64,000 nt of DNA from Octopus sinensis (taxonomy: Eukaryota), in NCBI RefSeq assembly GCF_006345805.1, contig NC_043002.1, positions 74,462,001-74,526,000 of the forward strand, written 5' to 3'. The translations under genes and the position numbers were made by a program. Under the pieces are notes generated by a model. It did no database searches, was not told where the DNA came from, and was given only the letters and a program-made list of their open reading frames with translations. Shown here in pieces: positions 39,501 to 52,712 of the stretch (positions within the stretch are counted from its first letter, which is position 1; each line of letters opens with the position of its first letter).

Positions 39501-40136
39501 ACGAAAATACAAAATTTACCACTTTTATGCTGAAAGAAATTACGTAAGAGCTTCTGAGTAAACAACATTCTTTGTTTTCTGGTTTGGAGCATAGACAAAT
39601 AGGTCTTGCAAACTACCTACCCTGGAGCAACCAACATAAAGTTGACCACGAGAAAAGCAAGCCAGTAGATTTCAATGTCTGATCTTGAGCTTTATTAATA
39701 GATATTGCAAAGCAAAGTCACACTGGAAATTGTGTTCGTTTGATCTCAAATGGCATGTCTGTTGGTTTGATTGGAATTCTTGGAATGAAAACCTCTTCTC
39801 CCGCAACACATCCAGTGATGATGGTAGCTTCTGTCATTGTACCATTGCATAATTTAGGAGGATCTAACTTTCTTAGAAGCAGTATTGGGACTCCTACCTT
39901 CAGAAAAGGTTTATGTGGAGGTGTTCCAGGTGGATCAAGGCAACTAGGGAATTCTGTTGGGTAATGGACAGCTTCATTTTCATCAAGGACTGAATCAACT
40001 GATTTGTACTTCTTAATGACTGTTGGAATCTTATTCATTAATTCATAGTTAATCCTTGCTACTGTATCACTTTTTGGAGCAAGAGTTTCCAGAAAAGAAA
40101 GAAACATTATAAAATGCTTATGTAATATTGTATTAT

Positions 40137-40598
40137 TTACTCTCTCTTTTACTCTTTTACTTGTTTCGGTCATGTGACTGTGGCCATGCTGGAGCACTGC
40201 CTTTTGTCGAGGAAATCGACCCCAGGACTTATTATTTGTAAGCCTAGTACTTATTGTATCGGTCTGTTTTGCCGAACCGCTAAGTTACGGGGACGTAAAC
40301 ACACCAGCATCGGTTGTCAAGCGATGTTGGGGGGACAAACACAGACACACAAACATATACACACACGTACATATACATAAATATATATACAGATACATAC
40401 ATATATACATATATATACATATACATACATATATACGACGGGCTTCTTTCAGTTTCCGTCTACCAAATCCACTCATAAGGCTTTGGTCGGCCCGAGGCTA
40501 TAGTAGAAGATACTTGCCCAAGGTGCCACGCAGTGGGACTGAACCCAGAGCCATGTGGTTGGTAAGCAAGCTACTTACCACACAGCCACTCCTACGCC
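40137..40598 (-). mobile_element. Family B SINE inserted in the Helitron
   Basis: Reverse complement of 25968-26369. Confidence 0.9.
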
Positions 40599-41622
40599 CA
40601 TTGTTTACAAAATAAATACAAGATAAAAAATTGTCAACTTTTATTATATTCATTATATATATTGTTTCCTGTATAAATTAATATTACTAAGAAATATTGC
40701 CGGGCCCTGGCACATTGGAAAAAAAGCTGCCTGTACGCCACATCAGATAGTTTGAGAATCACTGCTTTAAGGTCTTAGTTTCCATTGTATCTCTATGTGA
40801 CATGGTGCATTCAACCCAAATGATAAGGTGGCACTGGCACAACACTTCTGCTGAACTTGAATCTTTGCTTGTGTTATAAATTGGACTGTCATTTGTGACC
40901 AGGTTTAGTGGTAATTTAAAAGCAGAATGAGCTGTTTCGTCCTCATGAGAGAATGGTGACAGCAAAGCCAGACAATGGTACAGCAACTGCTATTCATTTT
41001 TGTTGCCTTACCTCGGAGAGAAGTAATGTTACAAATGTTTTGCCTGTGCCACCAGGAGCATCAACAAAGAAAATTCCTCTGCTTTTTTTCTGATGATTGT
41101 GGAACGGCCGCACGCACGCATACACACACAGATACATATACATACAGTATCAAACATCAGATGAACTGGATGGTGAAGTGTATGTGTGTGTAAGAGAGAG
41201 AGAGAGAGACAGAGAGCGAGTGAAGAGGTGTGTTGTCATGTATACGTACAGGCATAAATAAATAGGCTTACATCTTTCTAGTGCGTATGTGAGAGAGAGA
41301 GGGGGGAGAGCACACATACATACAAAAAAGATGGATGCATATGTATGTACGTATACATGACAACACCCCCTTCACTCACTCACACACATACAGACACATA
41401 CACATGCATAAATATATATAAACGTACATACAAAAACACACGTGTGCGTGTGTGGCTGACTACAAATACGTAGAGCTGAACAGAAAATATATTTAAAAAA
41501 TTTTACGGAAATTAACGAAGTGAGTGAGTTCAAGCAAAATAATGTTCATATTTTTTGAACGCACCATGCTGATTTGCAAAATTTTAATGTGATACTTGTG
41601 TAATAACGAAATCAAATCCGGA

Positions 41623-41678
<56 letters not shown>

Positions 41679-42045
41679 TTTGCAAACAATTAATGAAATA
41701 AACATGTAATGAAAGAATAATCAAAATAAAGGCACGTTAAAAACTTGAACCGAAACTCAGTAAATATTTCTTTCAGTAATTTATCGTAGTTGTTTACAAA
41801 TAGCAAATTAAAACTTGAAATGAAAACATTAAAATAGAGTGAGAGACTTCGCCGTTTTTACGTCATTACGGAAGTTGACATTGAGAAACCATTTTAAAGA
41901 AGTGAATCACAAATATCAAGCAATATTTTTAATTTTAATTTTAAAAATTCTAACATCTGTCCGAGGTCAAATTTTTCATGCATCACAAGTATGGAAGCAA
42001 TTGGTAAAGCCGTTTTTGCGTGAAAAGCGAATGCACACACAACTC

Positions 42046-42099
<54 letters not shown>

Positions 42100-42179
42100 C
42101 ATCAAGTACAGAACGTCACCAACGAGTGAAAAATACGTAGACACACGAGTGATAGGTACAGGACAAATTACCAAAAAAT

Positions 42180-42570
42180 AGGAGCGGTTGTGTAGTAAGA
42201 TGCTTCCTTCCCAACCTGTGGTTCCGGGTTCAGTCCCACTGCGTGGTACCTTGGGCAAATATCTTTTACTATAGCCTCGAGTCGACCAAAGCCTTGTGAG
42301 TGGATTTGGTAGACGGAAGCTGAAAAAGCCCGCCTTATATATATGTGTGTGTGTGTGTGTTTGCTGTTTGTGTCTGTGTTTGTCCCCCCTCCATCACTTG
42401 ACAACCAATGTTGGTGTGTTTACGTCCCCGTAACTTAGCGGTTCTGCAAAAAGAGACCGATAGATAAGTACTAGGCCTACAAAGAATAAGTTCTGGGGTC
42501 GATTTATTCGACTAAAGGTGGTGCTCCAGCATGGCTGCAGTCAAATGACTGAAACAAGTAAAAGAGTGAA
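42180..42570 (+). mobile_element. Family B SINE
   Basis: Same head, body and tail as 25968-26369. Confidence 0.9.
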
Positions 42571-42655
42571 AGAGAATAAGAACAGGACATCGCCAACGAG
42601 TGAAAAATCTGCAAATATAATGAGAGATGAGTACGGGACAAAATACCACGTTGTG

Positions 42656-42696
<41 letters not shown>

Positions 42697-42854
42697 TGTG
42701 TGTGTGTGTGTAAAGGGGTAAAAAATTGATATCAATTTGATTAATATCAATTTAAATCAGTGGCCTTGCATATTGAAAAAATCTGAAGATTCAGAAAAAT
42801 TATATTACAAACATATAAAAGGGATGACCACTAAGTGGAAATCCAATATATATA

Positions 42855-43509
<655 letters not shown>

Positions 43510-43791
43510 TGCGTGCGTGCGTGCGTATTCTTAAATATATCTCTTTAGATTTTTGCAATTAAATACTATTAGGAATTCAATAAAAAAATTAAGTTATTTT
43601 ATGTATTGTAGAAGTACAACCAATTTACCGCCGATAAATTTTAATAACAAGATCATATATAAACCTCCAAGAGCCATGTGGACCTTGGTTGAGAACAACT
43701 GGTCTAAAACGAAGTTAAATTTCAAAAGAAATTAAGCAAAACAAATCATAGTGTTATCTTTGAAAAGTCTAAAGACAAGAATGCATGAGAA

Positions 43792-44384
43792 CAGTGATTC
43801 CCAACGTAGGGCATATGCCCCATCGGTGGTACTTGGGAAAATTCTGATGGGGAGTGGAGTCCAAAATTTTCTTTCTTTTTCCTCGGTGGAACATGGAATT
43901 GTGAAAATCTTTTTTTCACAGCAAACATACCACACCTATACTGAGCCTAGCCAAACGAATCCTTCCATCCAAGCGTATTGTGTGAAGACCGCCTGCTACA
44001 GTATAGCGCTATTCTAATTTCCATTGAAGTAAAGTATGTTTGCTGTAGTGAGCCAAACGGCTAGCTTCAGAACCTATTCTTTCGAACAAATCGTTGACAA
44101 AACTGTTCATGATGGACATAGCTTTGCTGGAAATACCATTGTCAGGGTGGACTTGCTTCATTACTTTGTAGATGTAGATGGAATAACTTTCCTTTCTCTT
44201 CCTCTTACATTTCTTGTCCCCAGCAGGGCGAGAGGCCTTAGCCTTGGAAGCCTTCTTGGCTCTTAATATTTAAGAAATATTAAAAATAAAGTGGGGTTTT
44301 TTTCTAACCACCAGTCGAACATATATTTTTCAGGAAAGTTATAGTGGAGCTTGGAGTAGGGGAAATAGTTTGGGAAAAACACTG
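43792..44384. mobile_element. Non-autonomous hAT (Charlie-like) element containing a histone H2B fragment
   Basis: Termini cagtgattcccaa / ttgggaaaaacactg; 8-bp flanks catgagaa / cattagaa (7 of 8 identical). Confidence 0.75.
44036..44260 (-). pseudogene. H2B: Histone H2B fragment, truncated at both ends
   Basis: [74 protein letters not shown]; no ATG and no C-terminal part. Confidence 0.95.
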
Positions 44385-45399
44385 CATTAGAAAATATAAA
44401 TGTAGATGCACTCTGGTTGGAAAAATTCTTGGCTGAGCACAGGCAGATTATATTTGTTTCTCGTATTAGTGCCTAACAAGACCTGGTATATTTTCAGTTT
44501 TACAAAATTTGGGGAGAAATTGAGAATTACCATAAACACCGACAAAATAAACCCAACACGAGTCATGGCACAGTGCCTGGGTTAACAATTCTGCCAACCC
44601 ACCACCTTCATTGTGAATAAAGTAATGACGATTTCTTTTGACTAAAATACAAAGCCAGCATTTGAAAAGCAAGAAAGATGCCAAATCGATTAAACAGATT
44701 CCTGACCAAATATAATAGGTCAGGCATGGGTAAACTTTTTCGAAAAACAGACCGTATGAGAGAAATTGGCACATCACCAGACGGGCCGCACTAAAAAACA
44801 ATTCAAGGAATTTTTTCTTTGCTGTAACATTCAGAAAGTCCCGCGAGCCGCAATTTGTCCATGGCTGATACGGATCCTTAGTACCAATCCCTTCTACTTT
44901 TATTTTTATTTTTTTGTTTATTTATTTTATTCTTCTTTAGTCAAACCTGCTACGATTTGAACTCGGAATGTTAAGAGGTGAAACTCAATACTGAATTTCT
45001 TTTTTTTTGTTTTGTTTATTTGTTTGTTTGTTTGTTTCTACATCGATCACTGTGCAATTTCTGCCAACTCGTCAACCAACCCTGTGAACAACTGATGAAA
45101 TAATAAAATACCCGAGAAACAAAGCATTACCATGGCAACAACATCCTGAAAGATAAGATGAAGTGTGTGCGTGTGTGTGTGTGAGTGTTTTTCGTTGTAA
45201 GTGTTTTCCTAAATCTTTCTTTAAAGTCAAAGAGAAAGAAAAGAATGTCCTCTACACCGCTTACTGTTTCTTCCTTTTCCTTTTCCTTTCCCTCTACCTG
45301 CAGACCAAGACGTTAACAGATGTAATTGGTTCGATATTAGATAACCGTACTAATTGAGGCGATGTTGGCGGGGAGAACAGTGACCGGATAATGGAGACG

Positions 45400-46010
45400 G
45401 TAGGGTTGATGGTGGTGGTGGTGGTGGTAGCGGTGGTAGCGGTCGTCGTCGTTGTCGTCAACGTGATGACGATGATGGTGATGGCAGTAGTTGTGCTGAG
45501 ATTGGTAGTAGTAGTGGTGGTGGTGATACTGGTGGCGCTACTGAGGATACAGGCAGTGGTAGTGGCGGTGGTGGCGGTGGTGGCGGTGGTGGTGGCGGCG
45601 GCGGCGGCGGCGCGGCGGCGGCGGCGGCGGTGGTGGTGGTGGTGGTGGTGATGGTGGTGGTAGTGGTGGTAGAAATGGTGGTGGTGGTGGTGGTAATAGT
45701 GATGATAGAAATGGTGGTGGTGGTAGTGGTGGTACAGGTGGTACAGGTGGTACAGGTGGTAATTTGATAATGGAGCTATGAATTGACTTTATAAGGTGAT
45801 GGTGGCGATGGTAGCTGGGATGATGGTGGTGGTGATGCTGCTGCTACTACTGGTGCTGGTAATTTGATAATTGACTGATGTATTAGGGTTTATTTTTTTT
45901 ATTATTGTGGTGGTGGTGGTGGTGGTGGTGGTGGTGGCGGCGGTGGTAGTGGCGTTGGTGGCGGTGGCGGTGGTGTTGGGTGGGTGGGAGTAGCAGCAGA
46001 TAATAGAAGT
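45400..46010. repeat. (GGT)n/(GGC)n low-complexity tract
   Basis: Direct reading. Confidence 0.9.
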
Positions 46011-46612
46011 GATGATACTTAATGTGACATTGACTGCGTTGGTGGTAGGGCATTGATGGAGTGTGGTGGGGGATAGAATTGTGGTGATAATGCGAATAGT
46101 AATGGGGGAGGGGTTGGTATTAGGGGACAGGGTTTGGAGTGGCAGCTTATGTTTATTCATATTTAGGATAAACGTAGAATCTCTCTAATTTGGTTTCAGT
46201 CTCATATGACGGGACTTCTTTTTTTTTTTTTTTGTTTTTGTAAAATAAAGCAACACATACACCTCTCCTCCGCTTCCTCCTCCTCGTTTTTTCCTCCTTC
46301 TTTTCCTCTTCCTCCTTTTTCACTTTTTCTTCCTTCTCCTTCTCCTCCTCCTCATCTTTTCATCCTCTTCCTCCTTATCCACCTCTTCCTTCTCTTCCTT
46401 CTTTCCTCTGTTTTCCTCCTTTTCCTCTTCTCCGCCTCTTCCTGCTTTTCCACTTTTCTTCCTTCTCCTCCACATCCTCATCTTTTCTTTTCCTTCCTCC
46501 TCTTCTTTCTTCTAGACCTTTTCTTCCTTCTCCCCTTTCACCTGTTCCTCTTCCTCTACCTCCTCCTCTCCCTCTTCTTCCCCCGCTTCCTTTTCTCCCA
46601 CTCCACTTCCTC

Positions 46613-46646
<34 letters not shown>

Positions 46647-46679
46647 TTCTTTTCAACATCAGTTTATTAAAAAAAAGGA

Positions 46680-46978
46680 GCACGCCGTCGGTTACGACGA
46701 CGAGGGTCCCAGCTGATACGATCAACGGAACAGCTTCCTTGTGAAATTAACGTGCAAGTGACTGAGCAATACGCAAACACGTGTACCCCTAACGTAGTTC
46801 TCAGGGAGATTCAGCGTGATACAGAGCGTGACAATGCCGGCCCTTTTTTGTCAGCTGAGTGGACTGGAGCAACGTAAAATAAAGTGTCTTGCTCAAGGAC
46901 ACAACGCGTCGCCGGGAATTGAACTCACGATCTTATAATCGTGAGTCGAATGCCCTAACCACTAAGCCACGCACCTTC
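46680..46978 (-). mobile_element. Family D SINE with probable TSD
   Basis: Matches 4281-4609; flanks caacatcagtttat / caacctcagtttat. Confidence 0.88.
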
Positions 46979-48260
46979 ACAACCTCAGTTTATAGTAAGT
47001 ATACAAATATAGAACAACACAAGCTGTAAAATTTTACTTGAGAGACCCCGAAGAGACTTTCGTGTTAAAAGAAAAACTCAGAGTTTCACTCAGGAGGTCG
47101 GAGGATTGTCAAACCTGATGTTTCGACCTGATTTGGTTTCCTCAGTGACGAATATCCCGCAAGTCCTGAGCTAGACCGAAAATACTTGTCCTCGAGAAAC
47201 ATTTACTGAGTTGTGTGAAAGCTAACAGGGCTAGAATTAAATCAATGTAGGGATATGAAACAGCCTTAGATTAAAATTCTGGTATGTATAACGTTTATAA
47301 TATGTATACAAATGTGGAAAGGCAGTAGCTGTAACACTTTGTCTTAGGAAAACATCTCACTGATTCGGTTTCAAGCCAAAATGAAAAATTAATTTGTAGA
47401 CCATAATTCGCAAGGACAAATATTTATCTCTAACAATATTTATCTATTATAATATTTATCTAGAAATAAATATTTATTTATAAAACGTATACTTTTACTC
47501 CTAAAAGAGCATTTTATTTTGCTCGAAGCATTGCAAATGTGCAAGATAAATGTTTGCAAATAATGCAGGTGAGGTATTATGAAAATGAATTAAAACAAAG
47601 AAAAAAAATAGACCTGTTGCCTTACAAAGGGAGTTAAATGATCCTGTGATATTTCGAGGGAAAATTCCTTTCAAATAGAAGCAAAATAATCTAAGAGTTT
47701 GGAGAAATGTGTTGTTACCTGCAAGCCATTCTAAGGTGTAGGGATGAAAAGCATTGCTTTTTACTCAATAATCAGTTTGATACCGTATAGTGATAATTCA
47801 CTACTTAGCCCCACCCTAGCCAACTACGATCAAAGGCATTTCAGCCATGACCATCCTGTCTTTTTATGTATCAAGGACTATTTCGCTAGGCATTTTCTCT
47901 ATTTAAGACCGTAGGTTGTGATTTGGGGGAACTTAACTGTTATTTCTAACTGATTGAACGACTGCATAGAGTACACTCTCGTTATATTATTCGTTTACAT
48001 GATAGCAGACGATAAGTTTTCGGTCGAATGAGTCTGTTTCTCGCTTTTTATCCACCATTTCTAACAGCTTTACTTAATTACTCACTATTTCTGATGAAAA
48101 AGCATGAATTCACAATTTTCCATTTAATATATTTTTGCAAAGAGAAGGAAGCTTTAAGTTCTAAGCAAAACCCCAACAAATAACGGTGTTTTCAAACAGC
48201 ATTTTTAAAAGGAGTTTTACAAATAATGACGAATTTCAAAAATAAAGGTTTGCTCTTGAC

Positions 48261-48590
48261 CAATGGTTCTCAACAAGTGTCCATAAGACCCCGGGGGCGG
48301 AGTCTATGTAAGATTTTCGGGTGTCTACGCAAGCAGATTGGGTATATACAGTGGTGTTTTAAGGGTCCATGAAAAAATTTTGCTATAGATATATTTATTG
48401 CAAGAAACAGCTAGGTTCTAAGAGAGTGATGTTGCAATCATACACAAGTGAACATGTGAAAAACAAAATAGGAAATTTCAAAGAAGTATCCATAACACTA
48501 GATTTTAAACATCGAAAGGCTATGCGAGTCCACTAGAATAAAATAGTAATCAAAGGGGTCCATATGTAAAAGAATGGTTGAGAACCACTA
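48261..48590. mobile_element. hAT (Charlie-like) MITE
   Basis: caatggttctcaac / gttgagaaccacta; degenerate TSD ctcttgac / ttccagac. Confidence 0.75.
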
Positions 48591-49498
48591 TTCCAGACAA
48601 ATAAAGATTTCGATTTCCAATTTCAACCATTTTATGTTTTTACCCCACTAGTTTCTTTCCTTTAAATATTTTTATGGCTTAATCACAAGAAGAGCCCACA
48701 CACACACACGCACACACAGAAAGTTACCTTCAAACCAAAGACTTGGCGCGAATGCTTCCATCAGAGTGAGCTCTGCTAAAGGAACTAATGGGCCAGGTAA
48801 TGATATTAAACCAGGTGATGAATTAAATTCTTCTAGTCTACCTGCTGGTTACTTAACACAACCTACGTGTTTCGCATTGAAGAACTTACTGATGGGCTGC
48901 CTTTCATAAACGCCTCTTCTAAATTTCTAACTAAGCCTTCCTCTAATCTAGTTTTTTCTATGGCTACTTCTTTACAAAACCTCATGAATCATATTTTAAT
49001 CGCATTTTTTCTTTTTTATTCTAGACAGACGAAGCACAACAACGCCTAAAATCATCATAGTATGTCCTCCGAGATTGGGAGAGGAGGGAGGAAATGGAAC
49101 CTCGATTCCATGGTTTGCTACCTTATGTAGCAAGACTTAAAAAATTGAGTAGTCATCAAACAAAAGTTTAGCTTGAATGTTTACAACAAAATGTATGTGT
49201 GTATCTATACACAAATATGTATGTATGCATGTATGTCTCTATCTATACACACACGCGCATGCAGAGAGAGAATAAGAGAGAGCAGCGCCTGGTACTTCAG
49301 TCAAAGCATGAAATTTAAATATCAAAGCTATATATAATTGAACTTTAGAGTATATAGCACAAATGTACGTTCGCTGTTAAAAATCACAAAAATAAATCAG
49401 TAGTAGACGAAAATCGTCCAGCATCGGTTCTGGTATTGCTGAATCCGGATTTCTCCTTCTTTGAGCTTCATCAATAACATATATATGCCGATGTACGA

Positions 49499-49555
<57 letters not shown>

Positions 49556-50094
49556 ATGTAAATCAATACTTCTGCACCTTATTGAACTTGAGCATGTTGC
49601 TTGAGATCAGGTAGATTTTTACAATCGTAGTGTCCGCCATTTTGCATTTTGCATTGAATTTGAATGTCCTAGATTGCCAGGCTAAATCCACAAACGGCTG
49701 ACGAACGTGTGTGTACACGGATTCTATATTAAAGTCATCTTTTAAGCTTTTCAGAACAAGAAATACGAAACAATGGCAGATAATGGCAGAAAGTAATCTG
49801 TTTAAATCATTGTTCTGCCGTCATTTGGCAATTAACCGATCACATATTATATGAAAGCATGTGTGTGTGCGTGTGTGTGTGTTCGTCTGTGTGTGTGTGT
49901 GTGTGCGTCTGTGTGTGTGTGATTTTGTGTGCATGAGTATTAATGTATATATGCTCAGTAAATATGTATATATTGTATATACGTCTGTGTCTGTATAAAT
50001 AGAGAGGGAGAAAGAGAGAGATATTGAGATTCAGATTGTAAGGAAGCGGGAAATCTATAAATATTTTGAACAGTCAAGTATGTGGGTGTGTGTC

Positions 50095-50164
<70 letters not shown>

Positions 50165-50189
50165 TGTGTATGTGTGTGTGTGTGTATCC

Positions 50190-50368
50190 TTTATTCTTTT
50201 ATTTGTTTCAGTCATCTGACTGCGGCCATGCTGGGGCACCACCTTTAGTCGAACAAATCGACCCCAGGACTTATTCTTTGTAAGCCTAGTACTTATTTTA
50301 ACGGTCCGTTTTGCCAAACGACTAATTATGAGGACGTGAACACACCAACATCGGTTGTCAAGCGATGT
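50190..50368 (-). mobile_element. Family B SINE tail; a matching head lies at 52223-52383
   Basis: tttcagtcatctgactgcggccatgctgg...catcggttgtcaagcgatg. Confidence 0.8.
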
Positions 50369-50429
50369 TTTATATTATAATATATATATATATATATAGA
50401 TATATATATATATATATTATATTATATAT

Positions 50430-50460
<31 letters not shown>

Positions 50461-50469
50461 ATATAATAT

Positions 50470-50511
<42 letters not shown>

Positions 50512-50539
50512 TATATAATATATATATATATACACACAC

Positions 50540-50576
<37 letters not shown>

Positions 50577-50592
50577 CAGTTTGGGGATATAT

Positions 50593-50639
<47 letters not shown>

Positions 50640-50960
50640 CAGTTTGGGGATTAAGAGATATGGGGGTATTCTATTTCAAATAATAACATTACGAGTTTAC
50701 CTTTAGATATACTGGTTATGCTATTTTTTGCATACAAGACCCACATATCTATTAATGGCAAAAACTGAATTATTATTAATTTCTATTATATATTTTGTAT
50801 ATTTCTAGATAAATATATATAAATATTTTATAATCAACACCCCCACTGCACGATATGCAAGGTGCATGTAATGCTGATGGGTTGCACCGGATTGATTTGG
50901 AAATTCGATTTCCCACATTATTCAAATTAATATATATAATATATATATATATATATATAA

Positions 50961-52100
50961 AAATGTGGAAGACCCAATTGCGGGATATGCGACTATCTAA
51001 TTGAGGGATCAGAGTTCTCCTTCAAACAGGGACAACGGTTTACAGTGAAAAGCAACTTCACATGTGCTTCGGAGAACCTAATATACTCACTAACCTGCTC
51101 CGGGTGTCAAGAGCAGTACATAGGCCAAACAAAAAATGGTTTGCGTAAACGAATGGCCCTGCACAGATAAAAATTCCCCAAAACAGAAAAATAGCTTTTA
51201 GCCAACACATAGATACTTGCGCCAACAAAAAAACACCAAACTTCAGAATTTTCCCCCTCTACCAATTTAGGGACGATACAACCTCGAGACAACGAATAAG
51301 TAAAGAAAATCTCTTTATTACAAAATACAAGCCACTTCTTAACGGGTCTACGACAAACAATTAATATACCTCAACTTTAGAATAAAAGAAATATATACAC
51401 ACACAAATATTACACTCCATAGAATCCATTACTAATCAGCCCCATCAAAGCTATACTTACACCCATTCATATTCTCCCTTCTCTGTTTTTTTCTTCCTCT
51501 TCTTCTTCATCATCATCATTATCATCATCATCGTCGTCATCATCATCACCACCATCATCACCACCATCATCACCACCATCTTCTCCTTCTCCTTCTTCTT
51601 CTTCTTCTTCTTCTTCTTCTTCTTCTTCTTCATCATCATCATCATCATCAACATCGTCATCTTCTTCTTCTACTTCTCCACCTTCCACCCCTTAACCTTG
51701 TCACTAATGTCTTTCAGTATAACGCCTACGCAAATTCCATAAACAATTCCTGAATTGAACTGCGACTACTGTCAGCCACTGTCAGCCACTGACCATCAAA
51801 TACGACCATTAAGGCATTCCCAGATTTCCCCACCCTCTCCACATCACCTCATTATTCTTCACCTATCCTACCAAGAACTCAAAACGACCTCGAACACACA
51901 AGTGCAAACAAGGGAGTCAGAGAAAGGCAGAATGCTACTTATATCTGAACACTACAGACAAATATTCTTTTAAAAAAACTTTTCTTCTAATTTTTTCTAA
52001 ATTTAATTATTTAATCGTTACAGTTGAAAGGTCTCAAAATGACCGAAACCGGTACTGAAAGATTCACTATAAAATCATCTTAGCATTTTCTATTTTTGAC
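50961..52100 (+). mobile_element. Penelope-like element 3' part: GIY-YIG endonuclease remnant (50961-51345) and downstream hammerhead-like motif
   Basis: KCGRPNCGICDYL...FTCASENLIYSLTCSGCQEQYIGQTKNGLRKRMALHR*...KENLFITKYKPLLN. Confidence 0.88.
52021..52057 (+). ncRNA. Degenerate minimal hammerhead motif of the Penelope-like element
   Basis: CAG-TTGAAA-GGTC-tcaaaat-GACC-GAAA-CCGG-TA-CTG; stems intact, CUGANGA core damaged. Confidence 0.55.
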
Positions 52101-52144
52101 TTGTTTTTTCATATATATCAACTCGTGTGTTCCTTTCCACCCTT

Positions 52145-52212
<68 letters not shown>

Positions 52213-52438
52213 ATATATATATACGACGGGCTTCTTTCAGTTTCCGTCTACCAAATCCACTCGCAAAGCTTTGGTCAGCCCGAGGCTATAGTAGGAGACA
52301 CTTGCCCAAGGTGCCATGCAGTGGGAATGAACCCCGAACCATGTTGGTAAGCAAGCTACTTACCACACAGCCACTCCTGCGCCTATATAACATACACACA
52401 CACATGCATACATACATACATATATTAATATATATATG

Positions 52439-52497
<59 letters not shown>

Positions 52498-52562
52498 TGT
52501 GTGTGTGTGTGTGTATATAAACAATAATAAATCTCTGAGCGAGATATAAACAGTAACTGCTC

Positions 52563-52700
52563 TATAACATAAGGGGGATCAGCCATCTGAATGTGGCTAG
52601 GGACAGGGCGGGGTGGTGGGTGTGTTACTGATCAGTAACACACCCACCACCCCGCCCTGTCCCTAGCCACATTCAGATGGCTGATCCCCCTTATGTTATA
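52563..52700. repeat. 138-bp perfect palindrome with no spacer
   Basis: 69-bp arms centred on ctga|tcag. Confidence 0.95.
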
Positions 52701-52712
52701 TATATATATATA

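Larger units (their letters stand above)
38520..41090 (-). mobile_element. Decayed Helitron: PIF1-like helicase fragments (39520-40090, 40700-41090) and probable 3' hairpin (38525-38540)
   Basis: VDAPGGTGKTF, TAHSAFKLPLN, LAPK, LKVGVPILLLRKLDPPKLCNGT, RTQFPV..FAISINKAQ; hairpin cccgggcaacgccggg. Confidence 0.85.

Noticed and set aside
44036-44266. Functional H2B gene, or the + strand 76-aa ORF
   Set aside because: H2B lacks a start, C-terminus and stem-loop; the + ORF is only its antisense frame.
45085-45120. CTGATGA...GAAAC boxes
   Set aside because: No stem II or stem III pairing; a chance match.
48722-48910. Stop-free frames on both strands with a possible donor
   Set aside because: No recognisable homology and weak splice signals.
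50570-50655. Duplicated tcagtttggggat inside (AT)n
   Set aside because: Most likely slippage or an assembly error within the microsatellite.
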